A stretch of DNA of 64,000 bases from Macrostomum lignano (Eukaryota): positions 1-64,000 of the forward strand of contig NIVC01003688.1 in assembly GCA_002269645.1 (NCBI GenBank), read 5' to 3'. The notes under the pieces are model-generated. The model was not told the DNA's origin. It saw only the letters and a program-made list of their open reading frames with translations, and made no database searches. A program made the position numbers and the translations under genes. Position 1 is the stretch's first letter; every line of letters begins with the position of its first letter. Below are positions 59,401 to 64,000 of this stretch, one piece after another.

Positions 59401-62400
59401 ACAGGGAATCACCAGTTAGACAGGGAATCACCGATTAGACAAGGAATCACCGGTTTCAAACATGGAATCACCGGTTAGACAGGGAATTATCGGTTAGACA
59501 GGGAATCACCGGTTTCAAACATGGAATCCTCGATTAGACAGGGAATCACCGGTTTCAAACATGGAATCACCGGTTAGACAGGGAATTATCGGTTAGACAG
59601 GGAATCACCGGTTTCAAACATGGAATCCTCGATTAGACAGGGAATCACCGGTTAGACAGGGAATCACCGGTTAGACAGGGAATCACCGGTTAGACAGGGA
59701 ATCACCGGTTAGACAGGGAATCACCGGTTAGACAGGGAATCACCGGTTAGACAGGGAATCACCGGTTAGACACGGGAATCTCCGATTAGACAAGGAATCA
59801 CCGGTTTCAAACATGGAATCACCGGTTAGACAGGGAATTATTGGTTAGACAGGGAATCACCGGTTTCAAACATGGAATCCTCGATTAGACAGGGAATCAC
59901 CGGTTTCAAACATGGAATCACTGGTTAGACAGGGAATTATCGGTTAGACAGGGAATCACCGGTTTCAAACATGGAATCCTCGATTAGACAGGGAATCACC
60001 GGTTAGACAGGGAATCACCGGTTAGACAGGGAATCACCGGTTAGACAGAGAATCACCGGTTAGACAGGGAATCACCGGTCAGACACGGGAATCTCCGATT
60101 AGACATGGGAATCACCGGTCAGACACAGGTCCAACCACAGTTTCCCACCTCACGGAAGCCAGGTCCTGCATAGACATGCCCATCTGCTGGTTGCAGGAGA
60201 GGTCCAAGAAGCTGAGCCTGGATTCCATCAGATTGCGCACAGATCCGCTCAGTGTTGAATTGCAGCCAACGTCAAGAGTTCGCAGTCTGGGCGAGTCGCT
60301 GAGGTCCGGCAGTCGCTGCAGGCAGTTGGAGTGAGCCCTGATCGTAACCAGGCGTTCGAGACGAGACAAAGTCGATGGCAGCGTCTTCAGCTGGTTGCCG
60401 GATATGTTCAATTCGCGAAGCTCGCAAAACTGAAGCATTGTTCTTTGATGATGGGGTACGTTTGAATGCTTTTATTTCGTGGCAAGTACATGCACTGTGA
60501 GCGAAGTTAATAAAAAATTCTGACAAGAACAAGAACAGAACTTGCTTTGGGTGCTTCTTTTTATGAGACATTACGCGCTCAAAGTTCATCGGGGCAATTC
60601 TTTTTAACACCCTTCTAATTCCCATCAAGTAAAATTAAAATTTTCTCTCAAACATCAGTCTTATTCCCCTCAAATACTATTTTAATTCGCCTCAAACTCT
60701 ATTCTAATTCCTCTCCAACACCATTCTAATTCCTCTCAAACACCAATTTTAATTCACCTCACATACAATTCTTATTCTCCTCAAGTACCAGTTTAATTCC
60801 CTTCAAATACCATTCCAATTGCCTTCATATACCATTCTAATTCCCCTCAAACAACATTCTAATTCCCTTCAAATACCATTCTAATTCCCCTCAAACAACA
60901 TTCTAATTCCCTTCAAATACCATTCTAATTCCCCTCAAACAACATTCTAATTCCCTTCAAATACCATTCTAATTCCCCTCAAAAAACATTCTAATTCCCT
61001 TCAAATACCATTCTAATTCCCCTCAAAAACATTCTAATTCCCCTCAAATGAGACCATTATAATTCTCCTCAAACACCATTCTAATTCCCCTCAAACAGCG
61101 TTCTAATTCCCCTTAAATACCATTATAATTCTCCTCAAACAGCATTCTAATTCCCCTCAAACAACATTCTAATTCCCCTCAAATCATTATAATTCTCCTC
61201 AAACAGCATTCTAATTCCCCTCAACTTACCATTCTAATTGCCCTCAAACACGATTCTCATTCTCCCTCAAACAGCAATATAATCCCCCTCAAACACCATT
61301 CTAATTCCCCTCAAACACCCTTCTAATTCCCCTCAAATACCATTCTAATTCCCCTCAAACACAATTCGAATCCCGCGGCACACAATGTACTCAAAAGAAG
61401 CCCAGACTCACTCGTCGTTAATCTCCGTGAGCCGGTTAAACGCTAGCAGCAGAGTCCGCAGGCTGCTCCCAAAGTTCTCCGCAAGGAAGCTGACATCTGC
61501 ATCGCTGAATTGGTTGAACGAAGCCGTCAGGACTTGAAGTCGATTGCCGGAATTCCTAAGCGGCAGTTTTGGCAACTCAACGAGCTGATTGTTGGCTAAA
61601 TTCAACTCAACTAGAGCTGGCGTCAGGTGGAACAGAGCCGCTGGTAGCCTAGTTAACTGGTTGCTATGGAGACAGAGCTCTAGCAGCTCAGTCAGACCGT
61701 TGGCAGCCTCGGCTGGCGCAGCTGGCAGCTCGGCTATTCGGTTTCGCTCCAGACGGAGGCTCTGCAACTTGACGCAGCGCCAGATGTCGGCTGGCAGTCG
61801 GCGAATTTCATTGCCGCCGGCGTGCAGTCGGAGGAGGCTGGCTCGGCCAGACGGCCACAAACAGTCGGGCAGGCTGTCAAGGCGGTTGTCACTGACGTCG
61901 AGGCATTCGAGACGCTTCGGTGGCGGCGATATTTTTAGGCTTTGCAGCTCTGCGTTGGCGGGGATCGAGACATTGGCTTGGGGAGGTTCTTTGGAAATTG
62001 TCGATCAGCTTTGGGGAAATCCAGTTTCTCTCTAGTAACCTTGAGGAAAGGCAGTCTCTGTTTAGTGACCTTGAGGTAAGCGAATTCCTTTCCAGTGACC
62101 TTAAGGAAGGCAGTATCTCTTTAGTGACTTTGATATGAATAAAAGCCTATTTTTGTCCAGTGACCTTGAGAAAAGCAAGTTTCTCTTCAGTAACCTTGCG
62201 GAAAGCGAGTCTCTCTCCAGTGACCTTAAGGAAAGACAGTCTCTCTTTAGTGACCTTGAGGAAAGCGAGTCTCTCGAGTAATCTTGCGGAAAGCGAGTCT
62301 CTCGATCCAGTGACATTGAAGAGAGCCAGTTTCTCTCCAGTGACCTTGAGGAAAGCCAGTTTCTCTCCAGTGACCTTGAGGAAAGCCAGTTTCTCTCCAG

Positions 62401-64000
62401 TGACCTTGAGGAAAGCCAGTTTCTCTCAAGTGACCTTGAGGAGAGCCAGTTTTTCTCCAGTGACCTTGGGGATAGCCAGTTTCTCTCCAGTGACCTTGAG
62501 GAAAGCCAGTTTCTCTCCAGTGACCTTGAGGAAAGCCAGTTTCTCTCCAGTGACCTTGAAGAAAGGCAGTCTCTCTCCAGTGACCTTAAGGGAAAGCCTG
62601 TTTTTCTCCAATAATTGGGGAAAGCGAGTCTCTCTCCAGTGACCTTGAGGAAAGCCAGTCTCTTTCTTTCTAAGTGTATTGAATCGTAAAATGTAAGCAA
62701 CAATAGTGTAATTAAGTATGGCTTATAAAAAATACGAGCGTAGTAGCGTTTTAGTCAAAATATATCATTGAGTTAAAATAGTCTATAAAGGATAAAATAT
62801 AGTTCATAGCTCGCACTAAACAGAAAGTACTCAAAACTCACTATTTTCAACCAATAACAGAGTTCTCAGTGCCGTTCCGTTGACGAAAATGTCTGCAAGC
62901 CTGTTCCTGTCACAGGACAGGAATTCCAGATGGGACAGCGGCTGCAAATCCAGCGTCTCGATCTGGTAAATATAGCGGACGGGGGAGAGGTCGGCTCAAA
63001 AATCTAAGCTGACTTTTGAAAATTCTTTTGAACTGTTTTCTAAAAAAATCTAAAAATTCTTGTCTCTGTATCCAGTTAAATTTAGCACACTAATATATGA
63101 GTACTTTCTTGTGAATTCCTGAATTTTCATCAACGAAGAAGAGCTTCGACAAAGAAAGTTAATAATATCTATTTTACTATATTTACGCGCTCGCACATTA
63201 TTTTTCACTTCAAAAAGGTTTTGTTCCTTTGAATAGTTTGCGAAAAGCAAATAAGTTTCTGTCCTTACAGCTAGGCCAAAAGAAATTTCGTATTTTTAAC
63301 TGACAGCAATGTACTGACGTAGCAGATGTAGTTTTATAAAACTTTTTTTGGCCACAAAATCTAGACTAACCAAATCTAATCTAACCCTATCTAATCTGAC
63401 ACACTCTAATCTGACACAATCTAATTTAACTGAATCTAATTTCACCCAATCTAATCGAATCAAGTCTAATCTCTCCCTCCAATCTAATCTAACCAAATCT
63501 ACTATCACCCAATCTAATCTCACCCAATCTAGTCTAATCAAATCGAATCTAACCAAATCGAATCTAACCGAATATAATCTCACCCAATCTAATCTAACCA
63601 TATCTAATCAAATCAATTTTAATCTCTCCCTCCAATCTAATCTAACCAAATCTACTATCACCCAATCTAATATCACCCAATCTAGTCGAATCAAATCTAA
63701 TCTAACCAAATCTAATCTCACCCAATCTAATCTCACCCAATCTATTCTAATCAAATCTAATCTAACCAAATCTTATCTAACCGAATCTAATCTCAACATA
63801 ATCTAATATAATCCAATTTAATATAACAAAATCTAATATAGCCAAATCTAATGTACCGACACCCAATCTAATCTAACATTATCTAATCTACCATGATCTA
63901 ATCTAACCCCTGTCTAATAAAATCTCGAATCCCAACAACTAAAGCTCACCAGATTATCCCTGAGATCCAGGTACACAAGGTGCGTGAGTCCGGCCAGTCC
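53459..64000 (-). CDS. PHLPP: PHLPP-like LRR + PP2C phosphatase, 5' part outside the window. Exons: >64000-63950, 62962-62842, about 61988-61412, 60442-60149, 58007-57475 (interrupted), 56954-56764, 55987-55777, 54527-53906, 53580-53459
   Basis: LRR series (LDLRDNL, LDVSDNRLDSLP, LNISGNQLKTLP, AHSNC) followed by PP2C motifs FGLAEVAG, AMFDG, ANAGD, VVTDDGRVNG, TRMLG, VVPDP, LANRGLW and AAKRLVDLAQSHG, in PHLPP order. Junction phases are consistent once the 49-nt insertion at 57708-57764 is removed. One GC-AG intron (57474-56955). Confidence 0.9.
54844..55305 (+). mobile_element. tRNA-derived CORE-like SINE, copy 2, interrupted by a MITE
   Basis: A box TAGCCTGGTAG, B box GGTTCGATTCC, CORE-like GTGTCCTTGAGCAAGACGCTTAAC...CTGTAAAATGGG. 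The 3' part (CTGTGTGGCGACCCC...CAGATGCGCC...GTTGCACATCTG) matches the copy at 6407-6706. Confidence 0.85.
55024..55186. mobile_element. MULE-like MITE nested in the SINE, related to 16756-16930
   Basis: Ends GGGGTTTCACAAACACGAAATT / AATTTCGACCTTGTGAAGGCACCC; near-duplicated flanks GTGTGTGGT / CTGTGTGGC. Absent from the other SINE copy. Confidence 0.65.
55295..55680. mobile_element. Possible TIR element
   Basis: ACTAAAA..TTTCAGCACAAA / TTTGTGCTGAAATTTTAGT inverted ends; no clear TSD. Confidence 0.4.
56075..56763. repeat. 18-bp array AGTTGGTGAACTCACTGT, about 38 copies, continuous with the PHLPP 5' splice site
   Basis: Direct periodicity; the terminal unit is the real donor CAG|GTGAGTTCACCAACT on the minus strand. 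Confidence 0.95.
57065..57330. repeat. Degenerate GGGATTC/GGGACTTC array (PHLPP intron)
   Basis: Repeated TAGGGATTCTT...GGGACTTCT cores. Confidence 0.7.
57716..57756. mobile_element. 41-bp TIR-TIR element or excision scar inside a PHLPP coding exon
   Basis: 13-bp perfect TIR CAAGGACTACTTA / TAAGTAGTCCTTG; 8-bp TSD CGTCGAAC at 57708-57715 and 57757-57764. Confidence 0.93.
58135..58420. repeat. 11-bp array CCATAGCAACA
   Basis: Direct periodicity. Confidence 0.92.
59070..60125. repeat. 19-bp array GGGAATCACCGGTTAGACA
   Basis: Direct periodicity with higher-order blocks. Confidence 0.95.
60690..61365. repeat. About 22-bp array CATTCTAATTCCCCTCAAACAC
   Basis: Direct periodicity. Confidence 0.92.
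62030..62660. repeat. 30-bp array CCAGTGACCTTGAGGAAAGCCAGTTTCTCT
   Basis: Direct periodicity. Confidence 0.93.
63360..63910. repeat. ATCTA/AATCT-based low-complexity array
   Basis: Repeated CAATCTAATCT(AACC) units. Confidence 0.88.

Overview
Eukaryotic, repeat-rich animal DNA. GC-rich exons are separated by minisatellite-filled introns; the style resembles the flatworm Macrostomum lignano (inference only). Six protein-coding loci were reconstructed by hand. On the minus strand: RNASEK (V-ATPase subunit f), GLMP, an intronless aminergic GPCR, ZW10 and the 3' part of PHLPP. On the plus strand: an SRSF10-like SR protein with an AT-AC (U12-type) intron, head-to-head with ZW10. RNASEK, GLMP and the GPCR carry 1-2 nt frameshifts, either long-read errors or a decaying duplicate. 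Mobile DNA includes a THAP-only P-like element, hAT- and MULE-like MITEs, two tRNA-derived CORE-like SINEs, an RTE-like LINE 3' end and a Gypsy integrase fragment, plus about 30 distinct tandem arrays. Most striking: (1) two diverged copies of an 8-bp-TSD MITE carrying a 64-nt piece of 28S rRNA (helix 69-71, the R2/I-PpoI/Pokey hotspot), with the hotspot itself mutated; (2) a family of 33-43 bp TIR-TIR elements with perfect 8-bp TSDs that look like P-element excision scars, one of which breaks the FDG motif of the PHLPP phosphatase domain; (3) nearly every sizeable intron of ZW10 and PHLPP holds its own unrelated minisatellite, one of them built from the 5' splice site itself. All homology calls rest on remembered family motifs; no database search was run.
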